This document shows, piece by piece, positions 42,416 to 43,549 of a DNA stretch of 43,549 bases. Position 1 is the stretch's first letter, and each line of letters begins with the position of its first letter. Below the pieces are notes generated by a model that was given only the letters and a program-made list of their open reading frames with translations, did no database searches and was not told the origin of the DNA. The position numbers and the translations under genes were made by a program. Location: IMG/VR virus record IMGVR_UViG_3300017766_005792, positions 1 to 43,549 of that record; one strand, written 5' to 3'. The stretch is from a virus. Taxonomy: Duplodnaviria; Caudoviricetes.

Positions 42416-42966
42416 TGTGGTCAGGGCTAGGTAATCTTGTTTTCGGAGGTCTAGGAGATCTCGAGGGCTCCCTTTCCATGGGAGCCGGAGACCCTCCCGG
42501 GTTCCAGCACCTTGCGGAAGGGGTGATGGTTATCGGGAGTGAGTTCCTTTGGGACTATTTTTCCGAGACCTCGCGGCAAGCTAGCCCTGTCGCTTACTCT
42601 CAGCAGGGTGGTACGCTGATCGACTTGGTTAGCACGCTCGGTCCGTGGCCTACGGGAATGGGACCCTACAAGGCCAGGCTGGTCTCCTGCGTAGGACAGT
42701 TCTTTCCCGATACGTACCCGAACGCTCACAGCGCGATCGAGGGTCGTGAGGATGTTCTGACCCCGTTCTACGGAGATCAGGTCATCCGTTTTGCGATGCC
42801 TCGGGTCCCGCTCGGTGTTTTCTCCATCATGCTGACCTACGGACCCTACGTCATGCTTCTTCCGAACGTGATTCGGGCGGTGCCGGATCCTTCCTCTCTC
42901 GAGGTGAACCGCTTCCGCAGCGTCTTCAACGTCGAGGTGTATTCCAAGCGCGGCCCTGTGACGTGA
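42415..42966 (+). CDS. Hypothetical structural-module protein (183 aa)
   Basis: TAATG overlap with the upstream gene. Confidence 0.7.
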   Translation: MWSGLGNLVFGGLGDLEGSLSMGAGDPPGFQHLAEGVMVIGSEFLWDYFSETSRQASPVAYSQQGGTLIDLVSTLGPWPTGMGPYKARLVSCVGQFFPDTYPNAHSAIEGREDVLTPFYGDQVIRFAMPRVPLGVFSIMLTYGPYVMLLPNVIRAVPDPSSLEVNRFRSVFNVEVYSKRGPVT

Positions 42967-42973
42967 GGTTCAA

Positions 42974-43549
42974 ATGCTGGTCACGGTACTCAACTCACAG
43001 CTGCTGCAGCTGGATGACCTCGACTACAGGGATTTTTCCCTGTCCGTCGTTCCACCCTTTGACGGCTCGCTCGCCATTTCTTTTTCTGAGGGTTTGCTCG
43101 AGATAACGCCTCTCACCCCAGGCGGGGAGTACACCATCTCCTGCAAAAAATACGTGGATGATATTTACGACTCAGACGAGTCCGCCACGTTCCTCGTCCC
43201 GACGGATGTTGAAAATCCTGCGGGGGAAGTCATCGCTACGGCCAAGCCCCGGCCATTCGGGCTTCTAGAGGCCCTGACTTTCGCCGCCGGCAGGGAGCTC
43301 CAAGCTGTTGGCGGAGTCCCCACGACACGAGTGGCCAAGGACCTTCAGCCCGGGGAGACTATTCTCCTCGTGAGGAGCACCTTGGGGTTCCCGTCGAGCG
43401 GGAAAATCCGAGTCGAGGGCCTGCTCGTCGCCTACAGTGAAAAGGTCGACACCGCCTTTCGGCTCGCAGAGCCCCTTTATGCAGTCCTCGGGGTGGGGTC
43501 TGTCGTCGCCTCTGACGTCAAGTCCATCGAATCAAGGAGCGTCCTGTGA
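42974..43549 (+). CDS. Hypothetical structural-module protein (191 aa)
   Basis: SD GAGGT; stop coincides with the window end. Confidence 0.65.
   Translation: MLVTVLNSQLLQLDDLDYRDFSLSVVPPFDGSLAISFSEGLLEITPLTPGGEYTISCKKYVDDIYDSDESATFLVPTDVENPAGEVIATAKPRPFGLLEALTFAAGRELQAVGGVPTTRVAKDLQPGETILLVRSTLGFPSSGKIRVEGLLVAYSEKVDTAFRLAEPLYAVLGVGSVVASDVKSIESRSVL

Overview
GC-rich fragment of a large, apparently lytic, contractile-tailed phage (myovirus) with an SPO1/Herelleviridae-like morphogenesis module. No terminase, integrase, tRNA, rRNA or CRISPR array is visible. Left arm (1-12300, minus strand): a putative early/host-takeover operon (834-2720), then a metallophosphoesterase, Dps, small hypotheticals, a tandem MazG-like protein, a DUF5664-type dNTP diphosphohydrolase, a ThyX-like protein with an altered motif, two paralogous HTH-like genes and a ParB. 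Right arm (12582-43549, plus strand): a multi-domain protein, portal, prohead protease, scaffold, major capsid, neck proteins, sheath, tube, tail chaperone with a probable +1 frameshift, tape measure, baseplate and fibre-like genes. Top observations: (1) the early operon opens with an rrn-type boxA, and its genes are separated by three copies of a covarying, apparently bistable RNA element between each stop codon and the next RBS; (2) an 841-aa protein before the portal holds a divergent topoisomerase IB-like domain and is punctuated by x-x-K-S/A motifs resembling prohead protease sites; (3) an FHA domain is inserted inside the M15 peptidase of the baseplate hub; (4) a ComEA-type HhH domain lies inside the tape measure; (5) ParB has substituted parS-reading residues, and there is a duplicated palindrome nearby. 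All family calls come from motif recognition by eye; no database search was run.
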